A DNA stretch of 64,000 bases from an uncultured delta proteobacterium (GCA_963708295.1 CAVPSJ010000011.1:2138-66137), one strand, 5' to 3'. Numbered from the stretch's first letter, positions 10,381-21,594 are shown. Program-made: numbers and translations. Notes: generated from the sequence alone by a model not told the origin.

Positions 10381-12693
10381 TTATTTAGCCTTGTGGATTT
10401 TGATAAAAATGAGGAGTAAAGCAAGGCTGCTGAGTTTAATCAGCCCCATCATGAAGCAGGACTCCTTCAGGCCCAGAATAGGCAATAAGAGAACCCCTCC
10501 GAAGAGTCCCCCTAAAAATCCCCCCAGAAGATCTGCCCCGTAGAGCAGGCCCGCGGTGTGGCCGAGCGTTACCTTCTCCCCAGGCATGGCGAAACATATT
10601 TTGCTTGCAAGGGGGAATTGAAACCCGATACATGCTCCGGAGAAAAAGGACATCATGAGAAACAGCGGATAGACCAGAAGGGCGATACCTGTTTTTCCAA
10701 TGTATTGAAATGGGATCGAAAACACAAAGGGAAAAAGGAAGGAGAAAATAATGATACCGATTTCTATTTTCAAGAAAAGATGAGCCTCGTTTTCTATTTT
10801 ATCTAGATACCGGGTTATGGTGAGGCTGCTCAGCGTGACCCCAACCATGAAGACGGCGACGAGCAGGCCGATCTGGTGGTAAAGGTAACCATAATAAGTT
10901 TGAAAGCTAAAGATGACCGCTAAATTGAATATCATCCCCGCCAATCCAGTAGTGAAGACGGCATAGGGAATGGAGTGTCTTGAAAAAGAGGACCTCTTCA
11001 TGAAGACGAGCGACATCAGGAGGGTAAAAAGGATCATAAAGGGAATCGATATCTCCAGGCTGAATCCTTCAAACCATTTGAAGATCCCTGCAAGAGAAGG
11101 GGAGAAGAGGGCGTTCCAGTAAGCAAGGCTGAAGAAGACCCCTATTGGGCGAAAATCGGAATTGATCTGAATCTTTCCCCCCCCCATCGACTCTAAGAAC
11201 CATTTCATCCATCTTTCGTGCAGACGGAATTCCAAATAGCCTTTCGTGATAAGGCTTGTCTGAATTTTTCTCGTTTCAAGCCGTTTCATCAGCTCTAATT
11301 GAGTTACACTTCCAAGTTTATCGGAATCAGAGGCCAGGTAGAGATTGGTGTCGCCGGGGATGACCCTCACCGATCGGAAGACCTTTCTTAAGGTGTCTAA
11401 AATACACCTGTTCAGGTCTCTCAATTCAGGGCTGATATAGGTCAGCGATCCCGGAAGGGTTAAAACGATGATTCCATCCGGCTTCATCCTCCCCCTCGCG
11501 GTGGAGAAAAATTCGGAGGAAAATAGTCTGTTTGTCAGTAATTCCTGGGGAGCCGGGAGTCCGACGAAGACGAGATCGAATCGATCCTGAGTTTTGTTTA
11601 TGAAAAACCGACCATCGGTATAGTGAATATTCACCCTCGGGTCGGAAAGCTCGGACTGGGTGAGCGGGGTTGAGAATTTCTGAATCAATCTCAGGAGAAG
11701 GGGATCCAGCTCAACATAGTCCACACGCCTCACCGGATATTTCAAAATTTCGTGGATCATTCCCCCAGCGCCACCGCTCAGGATCAAGAGGGATTCGGGT
11801 TTTTCATGAAAGAGCATCGGGAAGTGAACAAAATCCTCGAGGGAGGCGATATCCGGGACGGGAGTGGTGATCGAGGGTAGGCCGTTGGTAAAAAAAGTGA
11901 ATTGTTCGTCTTTCATCGTAACGGTGATATTCCCGTAGATCGAATTTTCATTGTGAATCACGCTTAGATTCTTCCATTGCGACCGGGTAGAGGATTGATG
12001 AATTGCGGTCGAGTTTTGAGGCAAGAGGCAATAGGCAAAGACCAAGCAGAGAAGTGTCGATAAAATCAAAAGATTCGTCTGAAAAGCAGATTTAAGGGAA
12101 CTTGGCTTCGGCCAGAGAAGGAATATCGAGACGAGGGTATGGGTGAGTGAGAGGATAAAGGCGATTTCGAAAGCATTGAGATATTGTACGAGAAAAAAGG
12201 TGATGAGCAAGCCACCGGCGATGGCCCCGATGCTTTCGAGGACATAGACCTTTCCAATAGAGGAGACGTCTTTCTTGATGTATTGCGAATAGAGTTTACA
12301 CCCGTATGTGAAAAGGGCACCCTGGGGAAGTGCCACAGGGAGAAGGACCAGGAAGGACGAATAAAATATCGGCCCGAAGCCAAGTCCCTCTCCAGGAGTG
12401 GAGAGAAGGATGTTTGTCAAAATTCGGGAGAGAAAGAGGGTCAACGGAAGGGCGGCGGCAAAAAAAAGCTGAAAAAGCACAAAGACTTCTATTCTACTTT
12501 CCACTTTTTCTACGGTCTTGCCAATAAAAGAGCCGATCGCTACCAGGATAAGCCAATTGGCGAGAATGATTCCCAGAGTGAGCTCGTTTCCATGAAACGA
12601 GACGAGAAGTTCTCGCATCAGAATGACCTGGGCGATGATTCCGCTCAGTCCCTTAATGAGAAGGGAGGCTTTAAAGGATCGGGTTTCCATCAT
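10381..12693 (-). CDS. Polytopic membrane protein with a central spermidine-synthase-like (PABS/SAM-MTase fold) domain
   Basis: The 770-aa ORF has about 7 TM helices, then LILSGGAGGMIHEILKYPVRRVDYVELDP (a Rossmann/PABS-like motif), then about 7 more TM helices. Confidence 0.7.
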   Translation of the reverse strand: MMETRSFKASLLIKGLSGIIAQVILMRELLVSFHGNELTLGIILANWLILVAIGSFIGKTVEKVESRIEVFVLFQLFFAAALPLTLFLSRILTNILLSTPGEGLGFGPIFYSSFLVLLPVALPQGALFTYGCKLYSQYIKKDVSSIGKVYVLESIGAIAGGLLITFFLVQYLNAFEIAFILSLTHTLVSIFLLWPKPSSLKSAFQTNLLILSTLLCLVFAYCLLPQNSTAIHQSSTRSQWKNLSVIHNENSIYGNITVTMKDEQFTFFTNGLPSITTPVPDIASLEDFVHFPMLFHEKPESLLILSGGAGGMIHEILKYPVRRVDYVELDPLLLRLIQKFSTPLTQSELSDPRVNIHYTDGRFFINKTQDRFDLVFVGLPAPQELLTNRLFSSEFFSTARGRMKPDGIIVLTLPGSLTYISPELRDLNRCILDTLRKVFRSVRVIPGDTNLYLASDSDKLGSVTQLELMKRLETRKIQTSLITKGYLEFRLHERWMKWFLESMGGGKIQINSDFRPIGVFFSLAYWNALFSPSLAGIFKWFEGFSLEISIPFMILFTLLMSLVFMKRSSFSRHSIPYAVFTTGLAGMIFNLAVIFSFQTYYGYLYHQIGLLVAVFMVGVTLSSLTITRYLDKIENEAHLFLKIEIGIIIFSFLFPFVFSIPFQYIGKTGIALLVYPLFLMMSFFSGACIGFQFPLASKICFAMPGEKVTLGHTAGLLYGADLLGGFLGGLFGGVLLLPILGLKESCFMMGLIKLSSLALLLIFIKIHKAK

Positions 12694-12699
12694 CGGTTT

Positions 12700-12870
12700 T
12701 AAGTTTCGGAGTTAAGAGTTCGGAGGTTAGAGTTTGAAGCTTGAGCGAACGAATCCAGTCAATCGATATGTCATTTTGGTTCGAGTGACTTCAGCGGCCA
12801 TTTGAGTGAGTTCAGAATCTTGAATGTGGAGATTTGATTTCTGTCTCCGAACTCCGAACGAATTACCCTG
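12700..12870. repeat. Intergenic inverted-repeat element with periodic arms (TTCGGAGT-type units)
   Basis: The left arm is AAGTTTCGGAGTTAAGAGTTCGGAGGTTAGAG. The right arm is TTTCTGTCTCCGAACTCCGAACGAATTACC. The arms are approximately reverse-complementary and about 100 bp apart. Confidence 0.55.
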
Positions 12871-12872
12871 AG

Positions 12873-13160
<288 letters not shown>

Positions 13161-13173
13161 TCATGAAGGATGA

Positions 13174-13716
13174 TTATTTCTTTTCATTGAGAATTCGAGC
13201 GCCAATGTAAACATACTGGGTTCCAGAGAGAATCGTAATGATACCCGTCACGTAATAGGCAAGGGTAGAAAGTCGTAGAAAGGCTGGGGAGAGCCCGGCC
13301 AATAATGCGAAGAGGATTGTGATAATTTGAAAAGTCGTTGTCATCTTGCTCAAAAGACTGGGGTTAATCTTGGGATGATAATTTGTGAGAAACATAACGA
13401 GAAACCCAACCAAGATGATGATATCCCGGGTGATGACAATGACGACGAGCCAGCTCGGAATCATTTCAATGATGGCGAGGGAAATGAAAGCAGCGAAGGT
13501 CAGGAGTTTATCGGCAATGGGATCGAGGTATGCGCCCAATTCGGTCCGTTGGTGAGTCAGACGGGCGATCAGACCGTCCAATCCATCCGTGATCCCTGCG
13601 ATCGCAAAAGTGAAAAGAGCCCATTCAAAATATTTGTTAATAATGAAAATAACAAAAACTGGAGTCAGCAGGACTCTGATCAACGTAAGGATATTGGGTA
13701 AATTCATCGTTTGCAT
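13174..13716 (-). CDS. pgsA: CDP-diacylglycerol--glycerol-3-phosphate 3-phosphatidyltransferase (CDP-alcohol phosphatidyltransferase family)
   Basis: The 180-aa membrane protein carries DGLDGLIARLTHQRTELGAYLDPIADKL. This matches the motif D-G-x2-A-R-x8-G-x3-D-x3-D. Confidence 0.8.
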   Translation of the reverse strand: MQTMNLPNILTLIRVLLTPVFVIFIINKYFEWALFTFAIAGITDGLDGLIARLTHQRTELGAYLDPIADKLLTFAAFISLAIIEMIPSWLVVIVITRDIIILVGFLVMFLTNYHPKINPSLLSKMTTTFQIITILFALLAGLSPAFLRLSTLAYYVTGIITILSGTQYVYIGARILNEKK

Positions 13717-13837
13717 TCGAATGCCGAGTTCGAACCCTTGGGCCCGGAGCTTCTCGGATCAAAATTCAAAGCTCCCCAAAAAGGCTCGATAGGGATGGCC
13801 TCGGTTTTGAGCTTCAGCTACCCCGAGCCACTGTTAG

Positions 13838-15205
13838 TCATCCTCCGTATGTATTTTCAGTCTCGCCTTTATAGAGGTCCTTAAAGGTCGTAAATTTATC
13901 CAAAAAAGCCAGGTCAATCTTGCCAATGGGACCATTCCGCTGTTTTCCGATGATCACCTCTGCCTTACCGCGGTTCGGATTATCGGGATCTCTGTTGTAG
14001 ACTTCGTCACGATAGATGAAAAGGATCAAGTCCGCATCCTGCTCGATTGCCCCGGATTCCCGAAGATCTGACAGCTGAGGCCTATTTCCCGTTCGTTCCT
14101 CCGTCTTCCGGCTGAGCTGCGAGACGGCGATCACCGGGATGTTGAGTTCCTTGGCGAGCGCTTTTAATGAACGGGAAATTTCCGAAATCTCCTGCTGCCG
14201 GCTTTCGACCCTCGCCCTCCCTTTCATCAGTTGAAGGTAGTCCACGATGACCATGCCCAAGCCATAATCGGATTTTAGACGACGGGCCTTCGCTCTCAAC
14301 TCTAATACGGAAAGAGCTGCCGTATCGTCGATGTAGATGGGCGACTCCGATAGATTTCCCGCCGCAATGGTCAGTTTAGGCCAGTCGCTTTCGTTGAGAT
14401 AGCCCGTCCTGAGACGGGTTCCTTCCACATTGGCCTGGGAGCAAAGCATTCGGATGACCAGCTGCTCCTTTGACATCTCCAGTGAAAAAATAGCCACCGG
14501 TATTTTATTGCCAATAGCGGCATATTCTGCGATATCGAGGCAAAAAGCCGTCTTGCCCATGCTGGGTCTTCCGGCAATGATGATCAGATCAGAGGGCTGA
14601 AAACCCGCCGTCATGCGATCCAGTTCCTTGAACCCTGAGGCAACCCCGGTGACAGCCTCCTTCTTATTGAAGAGTTTTTCAATGGTAGCAAAACTCTCTT
14701 TGACGATTTCCCGGATGGGATAGAAAGAGGGCCTCACTCTTTTTTCCGAAATTTCAAAGATGGACCGCTCTGCCTCGTCCAAGAAGCTCTCTACATCCCC
14801 TCGATCCTCATAACTTTGGGTGATGATCTCTGTGGACGTTTGAATCAACTTCCGAAGGATCGCCTTTTCCTTGACGATTCTGGCGTAGTATTGAATATTA
14901 GCGGCGGTTGGGACGGAATCAATCAGCGAGGCGAGATAGGAAGCTCCTCCGATGGAATCGAGCTGATCAATTTTTCGAAGTTCGTTGGTCAGGGTGATCA
15001 GATCCGCTGGCTCATCACGTTCCGAGAGATTAATTAAGGCATCAAAGATTTTGCGATGGGCGTCCCGATAAAAGTCATCGGGGTCGAGAATTTCTGTCAC
15101 CCGATTGAGCGCTTCGTTTTCAATCAGGATTCCTCCAAGGATGGATTGTTCCGCTTCGATATGCTGAGGTGGAAGTTTGTGGGAGGAGAAGTCCGTCTCG
15201 TTCAT
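13838..15205 (-). CDS. dnaB: Replicative DNA helicase DnaB
   Basis: The 455-aa ORF has LPPQHIEAEQSILGGIL, the Walker A motif GRPSMGKTAF, and SLEMS. Confidence 0.95.
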   Translation of the reverse strand: MNETDFSSHKLPPQHIEAEQSILGGILIENEALNRVTEILDPDDFYRDAHRKIFDALINLSERDEPADLITLTNELRKIDQLDSIGGASYLASLIDSVPTAANIQYYARIVKEKAILRKLIQTSTEIITQSYEDRGDVESFLDEAERSIFEISEKRVRPSFYPIREIVKESFATIEKLFNKKEAVTGVASGFKELDRMTAGFQPSDLIIIAGRPSMGKTAFCLDIAEYAAIGNKIPVAIFSLEMSKEQLVIRMLCSQANVEGTRLRTGYLNESDWPKLTIAAGNLSESPIYIDDTAALSVLELRAKARRLKSDYGLGMVIVDYLQLMKGRARVESRQQEISEISRSLKALAKELNIPVIAVSQLSRKTEERTGNRPQLSDLRESGAIEQDADLILFIYRDEVYNRDPDNPNRGKAEVIIGKQRNGPIGKIDLAFLDKFTTFKDLYKGETENTYGG

Positions 15206-15211
15206 GAAACG

Positions 15212-15655
15212 TTACTCCTGGACGACCCAAACCTTAAGCTGGGCAGTCACCTCGGCACTGAGCTTGATCGGCACAGTAAACATTCCCAAGTTCTTGAGGG
15301 GTTCCTCCAGAATGATCTTTTTACGGTCTATGTCAATTCCGTTTTCCTTCAGATAATTCTCAATATCCATCGAAGTCACAGAGCCAAACAGTTTTCCGCT
15401 CTCTCCAACTGTTTTTGAGAAGGTGCAGGAGAGCTTTTCGATTTCCTGGCCCAATTTCTCCGCGTCCTTTTTCCCCTTCTCCAAGCGCTGCTGCACCTGA
15501 CGTTTTTGATGTTCGACCACCTTGAGGCTTTTTTCTGTGGCCAGAAGAGCCTTCTTCTGAGGAATGAGGTAATTCCTTCCGTATCCGTCGGAGACCTTTA
15601 CCAGGTCCCCGGCCTTTCCCAAGGAAGGGACGTTCTCTAGCAATATCACCTGCAT
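15212..15655 (-). CDS. rplI: 50S ribosomal protein L9
   Basis: The 147-aa ORF begins MQVILLENVPSLGKAGDLVKVSDGYGRNYLIP. Confidence 0.9.
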   Translation of the reverse strand: MQVILLENVPSLGKAGDLVKVSDGYGRNYLIPQKKALLATEKSLKVVEHQKRQVQQRLEKGKKDAEKLGQEIEKLSCTFSKTVGESGKLFGSVTSMDIENYLKENGIDIDRKKIILEEPLKNLGMFTVPIKLSAEVTAQLKVWVVQE

Positions 15656-15868
15656 GGATCACCTCCTGTCGTCCCACTGAAAGCAGGGGACTCCCAAAAC
15701 GATAGATGTCAACTCAATGCCGAATGGCATGATGCTAAAACTTTCTCCCGCGGGATTCATTCAAAAAAAGGCTTCGACCGGCAAGAGCCCCGAGAAGCCC
15801 CGATGTGCCCAGCCGTTCCTGAAGGATTGGCCGGGAGCTTCACATTTTGGCTTGATCTATTTCAGAGT

Positions 15869-16132
15869 TTAGTGAGCCGCCGTTGTAAAGGGTAGTATCG
15901 CGATGTTGCGTGCCCTTTTAAGGGCAACCGTCACTTGTCTTTGATGCTTCGCGCAGTTCCCTGAGATCCTTCGGGGAATGATCTTTCCTCGTTCCGTAAT
16001 GAAGTATCGAAGGATTTTTGGGTTTTTATAATCAATATCCAATTTCTTGTCCGTACAGAATCGGCAGACCTTTCTCCTCATGAAAGGTTTTCTTCTCCTG
16101 TCGGGGCCTGATTTTTCAGGGGGTCTCCTCAT
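15869..16132 (-). CDS. rpsR: 30S ribosomal protein S18
   Basis: The 87-aa ORF contains [43 protein letters not shown]. Confidence 0.9.
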   Translation of the reverse strand: MRRPPEKSGPDRRRKPFMRRKVCRFCTDKKLDIDYKNPKILRYFITERGKIIPRRISGNCAKHQRQVTVALKRARNIAILPFTTAAH

Positions 16133-16133
16133 C

Positions 16134-16622
16134 CTATTCTCCTTCTTTTCTTGACCCGTTCGGCACTTGCAAGCCCCGCCCTTGAAGACCGGGTTTGCCG
16201 CTGCTCAGGGTCAACTCTGAGCAACCATCGACCTCCAACTCGGTAAGTCGAAGGGTTGAGTTTTGCGTTAGGGTGTTCTCCTCGATCGGCCGGAGGGAGG
16301 TTGCGATCACTTCTGTTTGAGTTCGATTCTTCCCTTCGGGTGTCTGCCAGCATCGTTGATTGAGTCTCCCGGTGACCACCACGTGTCGTCCGCTTTGAAA
16401 GAGATCAATTTCAATCTCAGCTAATTTCCCAATCGCGACGATGTCGATCCGGTTTCGCCGTCCCTGTTTCCTACCGTTACGGTTCAGCACTGGCCCTGCC
16501 CCTTCCTCCGATTCGTTTAACTCCAGGGGAAATTGGATCACGGGGGACCCGTCTGGACGATAATGACGCCGAGGAGGGATGACCACTCTTCCGGTGAGAG
16601 TGACACGATTCAAAAAAGTCAT
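16134..16622 (-). CDS. SSB/PriB-like OB-fold single-stranded DNA-binding family protein lacking the acidic C-terminal tip
   Basis: The 162-aa ORF lies between rpsF and rpsR. It begins [10 protein letters not shown] and contains [27 protein letters not shown], which looks like an OB fold. The C-terminus ends ..NGSRKEGE in all checked frames, with no DDDIPF-type tail. Confidence 0.6.
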   Translation of the reverse strand: MTFLNRVTLTGRVVIPPRRHYRPDGSPVIQFPLELNESEEGAGPVLNRNGRKQGRRNRIDIVAIGKLAEIEIDLFQSGRHVVVTGRLNQRCWQTPEGKNRTQTEVIATSLRPIEENTLTQNSTLRLTELEVDGCSELTLSSGKPGLQGRGLQVPNGSRKEGE

Positions 16623-16981
16623 GTCTTCACCGCGGGTTCCGCCTCGACCTCGGAAGTTTCATCCAGAATGGGGCCTTCGGAAGAGGAACCTTGACGTTCA
16701 CCCAATCGAACAGATTGGAATTTGATGACGGCGTCCATGACTCGAAAATTTCTCTCCAGCTCGGAGAGCAAGGCGGGCAAGCCCAGGAAGTGAATCAGGA
16801 TATAATGGCCTTTGGACTTCTTTTTGACTTCGTAGGCGAGCTTTCTTTTTCCCCAATCTTCAACCTTTAGGATTTCTCCGTTAGCTTGGGTGATAATTCC
16901 CTTTGCTTTCTCGACCACCGACTGGGCCTTTTCTTCCTCAAGATCGGGGTCCAAAATAAAAATCGTTTCATATTTCTTCAT
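16619..16981 (-). CDS. rpsF: 30S ribosomal protein S6
   Basis: The 120-aa ORF begins MKKYETIFILDPDLEEE and contains GKRKLAYEVKK. Confidence 0.9.
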   Translation of the reverse strand: MKKYETIFILDPDLEEEKAQSVVEKAKGIITQANGEILKVEDWGKRKLAYEVKKKSKGHYILIHFLGLPALLSELERNFRVMDAVIKFQSVRLGERQGSSSEGPILDETSEVEAEPAVKT

Positions 16982-17045
16982 ACTTCACCTCCTCGTGGAT
17001 TATAGCCCTAAAACAATGTTTAGAGCAAGGAGCATCTCAATTGCT

Positions 17046-17128
17046 ATTGCAGATTTCAAATCTTAAATTGCAAATTGAAGACATTTTGCACTTCAATCTG
17101 AAATCTTAAATCTGAAATTTGAAATTGG
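17046..17128. repeat. Intergenic hairpin element with ~7-nt periodic arms (CAGATTT/CAAATCT units)
   Basis: ATTGCAGATTTCAAATCTTAAATTGCAAATTGAAG is followed by the loop ACATTTT, then GCACTTCAATCTGAAATCTTAAATCTGAAATTTGAAATTGG. The inner stem ATTGAAG/CTTCAAT is perfect. The element lies between the yajC stop and the rpsF start. Confidence 0.55.
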
Positions 17129-17130
17129 AA

Positions 17131-17466
17131 TCAGTCTGATTTTAAAACATCCTGTTTGACCACGCCTGCAATATGGCCTCGACTGACTTTCACTCTCACC
17201 TTGTCCGAGATTTCGACCGTGACTTTGTCATCTTTGAGACCGGTCACACGGCCGTAGATCCCCCCGGCGGTCAAGACATTATCGCCCACCTTCAGGTTTG
17301 ACAACAGGTTCTGATGTTCCTTCTTCTGCTTCTGTTGAGGTCGGATCAACAAGAAATAAAAGATGACAAAGATGAAAATAATGGGCAAAAAAGTCATGAG
17401 TGAAGACCCCTGACCTCCGCCCCCCCCTGGCTGTGTTCCCAAAGCATAAGCCAAATCAATTCCCAT
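17131..17466 (-). CDS. yajC: Preprotein translocase subunit YajC
   Basis: The 111-aa ORF has one TM helix and contains LKVGDNVLTAGGIYGRVTGLKDDKVTVEI. Confidence 0.85.
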   Translation of the reverse strand: MGIDLAYALGTQPGGGGGQGSSLMTFLPIIFIFVIFYFLLIRPQQKQKKEHQNLLSNLKVGDNVLTAGGIYGRVTGLKDDKVTVEISDKVRVKVSRGHIAGVVKQDVLKSD

Positions 17467-17497
17467 AAAATCCTCCTTTTAAAAGTTTGCTCTCTCC

Positions 17498-18795
<1,298 letters not shown>

Positions 18796-18805
18796 ATCCC
18801 ATTTT

Positions 18806-19855
18806 CTAAAGGATCAGCATGGCGTCGCCATAGCTATAAAATTGATATTTTCTGAGAACAGCTTCCTGATAAGCCCTCATTAATACGTCTCTCCCTGAGA
18901 AGGCAGATACCAACATAATCAACGTCGATTTAGGCAGATGAAAGTTTGTGATCAACCCATCGATGACTCGAAAACGATAGGGGGGATAAATAAATAAAGA
19001 AGTCATCCCTTTCCCGGGTCTCACGCCTCCATCCCCATCGGAAAAAGATTCAAGGGCGCGTGTTGTGGTTGTTCCGACAGAGATAACCCTTCCGCCCCGG
19101 GCCTTCGTCGCCTTGATTTCTCCGGCCGTTTCTTCCGAAATATCGACCCATTCTGCTTCCATGGCGTGGTCTTCGATGTCGTCGGCCTTGACCGGGGTAA
19201 AGGTTCCGATCCCAACATGGAGGGTGATCATCGTTGTTCGCACCCCGGTGTCTTTAAGCGATTGAAGCAAGGCATGAGTGAAATGGAGACCTGCCGTGGG
19301 TGCAGCGATCGATCCGTCTGTCTCCGCGAAAACGGTCTGGTATCGCTCCCTGTCCAAAGGTTCATCCCCCCTCTTGATGTAAGGAGGGAGGGGGATATGG
19401 CCGATCTTCCGAAGGAGCTCCGTCACATCGCTGTGACAGGGAAAGGAGATTTTTGCTTTTCCCGCCGTCACTTCTTCTATTTCTCCCTCAAGTCCCTGCT
19501 CAAATTTGATTCGAGACCCCCCTTTTATTCTCCCTGAGTTCCTGATCAGTGCCTTCCATTCTCCTCTTGTTCCGTTCCACGAGGGGATGAGGAGCATCTC
19601 TATCCTTCCCCCGGTTTCCTTTTTTCCAACGAGTCGTGCCGGGAGAACACGGGTATTATTCATGACCAAGAGGTCACCGGGATGAAGGTATTTCGTAATA
19701 TCTTGAAAGACCCGGTGCTCAATCACATTCGTCTGACGGTGAAGGATCATTAACGAAGACTCTCCCCTTTGGGAGGATGGGTATTGAGCGATCAAGGATA
19801 GGGGAAGGTGGTAATCGAACTCTTCGATTCTCATGTTCGTTAGCGAGAAATACAA
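18806..19855 (-). CDS. queA: S-adenosylmethionine:tRNA ribosyltransferase-isomerase
   Basis: The 349-aa ORF contains FDYHLPLSLIAQYP, AAPTAGLHFT and the C-terminal FYSYGDAMLI. Confidence 0.95.
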   Translation of the reverse strand: MYFSLTNMRIEEFDYHLPLSLIAQYPSSQRGESSLMILHRQTNVIEHRVFQDITKYLHPGDLLVMNNTRVLPARLVGKKETGGRIEMLLIPSWNGTRGEWKALIRNSGRIKGGSRIKFEQGLEGEIEEVTAGKAKISFPCHSDVTELLRKIGHIPLPPYIKRGDEPLDRERYQTVFAETDGSIAAPTAGLHFTHALLQSLKDTGVRTTMITLHVGIGTFTPVKADDIEDHAMEAEWVDISEETAGEIKATKARGGRVISVGTTTTRALESFSDGDGGVRPGKGMTSLFIYPPYRFRVIDGLITNFHLPKSTLIMLVSAFSGRDVLMRAYQEAVLRKYQFYSYGDAMLIL

Positions 19856-20140
19856 CTAAAGTGTAATAAAATTAACAAAGTCTATCTGAATCTGCAAGTT
19901 AATTATTAAGGACCCGTAGATTTTGCAGAGACATTTCCAGCCGACCAGGGTATCCCGCCTTTGGTACATTGATGTCAAGGAGTCTGTAGAACGGGAAGGG
20001 AAGGGATGAACTCAAAATAAAGGGACCCACGCAAAATGAAATTCGAAGGTGCTACCCTAAGATCGTATGTTCCGCTGAAGCATGCCCCCGCAGCATAACC
20101 ACACGGACCCCTAATCCTCCTGCACGCAATAGTCATTTCC

Positions 20141-21442
20141 TTAATAAGATGGAAGATTGGTGTTCAAAGGTATGTCTGAAGGATCTCCGCCCCAACCAAC
20201 TCCGTAAGGTGCCTCGCCTCCGGAAGGAATGATCCACCATGCACCCGTGTCGGCTTCATAGATGGCAACATCGGTCTTTCTATCCCCGTCGTAGTCTCCC
20301 GGAACCGGAGTGAATCCCGGTCCGCCCCACCCCACTCCATAGGGCAGGTTGCCCGAAGAGGGAATGATCCACCAGGCCCCCGTGCTGGCTTCATAGATGG
20401 CAATATCGGTCTTTCCATCTCCGTCGTAGTCCCCCGGGACGGGAGTGAATCCGGCCCCGCCCCAACCCACTTCGTAAGGCGCTCCGCCTCCGGAGGGGAC
20501 AATCGCCCAGGCACCGTTGCCGGGATTGTAGATCGCGATGTCCGTCTTTCCGTCCCCATCATAGTCTCCCGGAACAGGAGTAAATGCGGTTCCACCCCAT
20601 CCCACTCCATAGGGTGCCCCGCCTCCGGAGGGGCTGATATACCACCCTCCGTCACTCGGACGATAGACGGCAAGGTCGATCTTTCCATCTCCGTCGTAGT
20701 CCCCTGGAACCGGTTTGTCGCCGGCTACCCCCCACGTTACAGTATATGGAGTCCCCCCTCCTGAAGGAACGATATACCAATCCCCGGTATTTGCACGGTA
20801 GAAGGCCAGATCGGTCTTCCCATCTCCATCGTAGTCTCCCGGAGCGGGCCTGTCGCTGGGGTCTCCGCCCCACTGGACTCCGTAGGGCGCTCCGCCTCCG
20901 GAAGGATAGATGTACCAGTTTCCTGCGTTTGCACGATAGACTCCGATGTCGGTCGTCCGGTCATTGTCAAAATCGCAAGGGACACCCGCAAGGACAGCCC
21001 TTCGGTTTATACGGTTTCCTACGCCGTCGTACGAATAGGTTATGTTCGTCCCGGTTGGATAGGCCGCGCGAATCAGGCGATACAAATTGTCGTATACATA
21101 AATGGTCCTGACGGTTGGCCCTCCTGTCAAAAGCCCCATGGGTTGGGACTGGACGGAAATCGCTGCCCCGGGTGGAGATCCGGCAAGGGGGATCCGTTGA
21201 GGAAGGAAGGATGAACCAGGTTTCAGGGGAACAGTTTTGGGCTTAATTGGCGCAGGGGAGGGCGGTGCCGGCTTTCCTATCTCCTTTGCAGTGGCCGGCT
21301 GCAGGTAGATCCGCTCAGGGGTTTTCAGTCCTCCGGCGCTTTGAGCCATTGATGCGCTGGCAGAAAGAAGATAAAAGGCCAGCAGCGATACAAGCAAACA
21401 ACCCCCAAACCCTCTTCCCGCTTTGTGAGACCTCTTTGTCAT
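20141..21442 (-). CDS. Secreted protein: signal peptide, Pro-rich linker, one YD repeat, then seven FG-GAP/VCBS-like repeats
   Basis: The preferred start is MTKRSHKAGRGFGGCLLVSLLAFYLLSASASMA at 21442, with RBS GGAGGGGGG. The YD unit is YVYDNLYRLIRAAYPTGTNITYSYDGVGNRINR. Seven units of the form PGDYDGDGKTD(I/L)A(I/V)Y..G.W.I.PSGGG.PY.V.WG follow. Confidence 0.7.
   Translation of the reverse strand: MTKRSHKAGRGFGGCLLVSLLAFYLLSASASMAQSAGGLKTPERIYLQPATAKEIGKPAPPSPAPIKPKTVPLKPGSSFLPQRIPLAGSPPGAAISVQSQPMGLLTGGPTVRTIYVYDNLYRLIRAAYPTGTNITYSYDGVGNRINRRAVLAGVPCDFDNDRTTDIGVYRANAGNWYIYPSGGGAPYGVQWGGDPSDRPAPGDYDGDGKTDLAFYRANTGDWYIVPSGGGTPYTVTWGVAGDKPVPGDYDGDGKIDLAVYRPSDGGWYISPSGGGAPYGVGWGGTAFTPVPGDYDGDGKTDIAIYNPGNGAWAIVPSGGGAPYEVGWGGAGFTPVPGDYDGDGKTDIAIYEASTGAWWIIPSSGNLPYGVGWGGPGFTPVPGDYDGDRKTDVAIYEADTGAWWIIPSGGEAPYGVGWGGDPSDIPLNTNLPSY
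20167..20977 (-). repeat. Tandem ~120-bp coding repeats (seven FG-GAP-like blades); the last three are nearly identical
   Basis: The peptide unit FTPVPGDYDGDGKTDIAIYE..TGAWWIIPS.G..PYGVGWGG recurs with very few substitutions. Confidence 0.7.
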
Positions 21443-21594
21443 CTTATCCCCCCTCCTGACAGAGCAGGCCAATGTCGTTGTTCCACTCCAATATTGAGTC
21501 TCGATGGTTCGCCCATAATCTCTTTTCTCTCATTTCCTCGGGAGGTCACATGATAAAAGTCTCCCGGATGTTCAATCCTCAGCGGCCTCGCCAC
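21439..21594 (-). mobile_element. 5' fragment of an IS200-like (Y1, COG1943-type) transposase gene, truncated after ~25 codons
   Basis: A GTG-initiated frame reads VARPLRIEHPGDFYHVTSRGNERKEI. This matches the conserved N-terminus (M)ARPLRIEYPGAxYHVTSRGNxR of this family. Similarity is then lost. The TGA stop overlaps the ATG of the FG-GAP gene. Confidence 0.5.
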
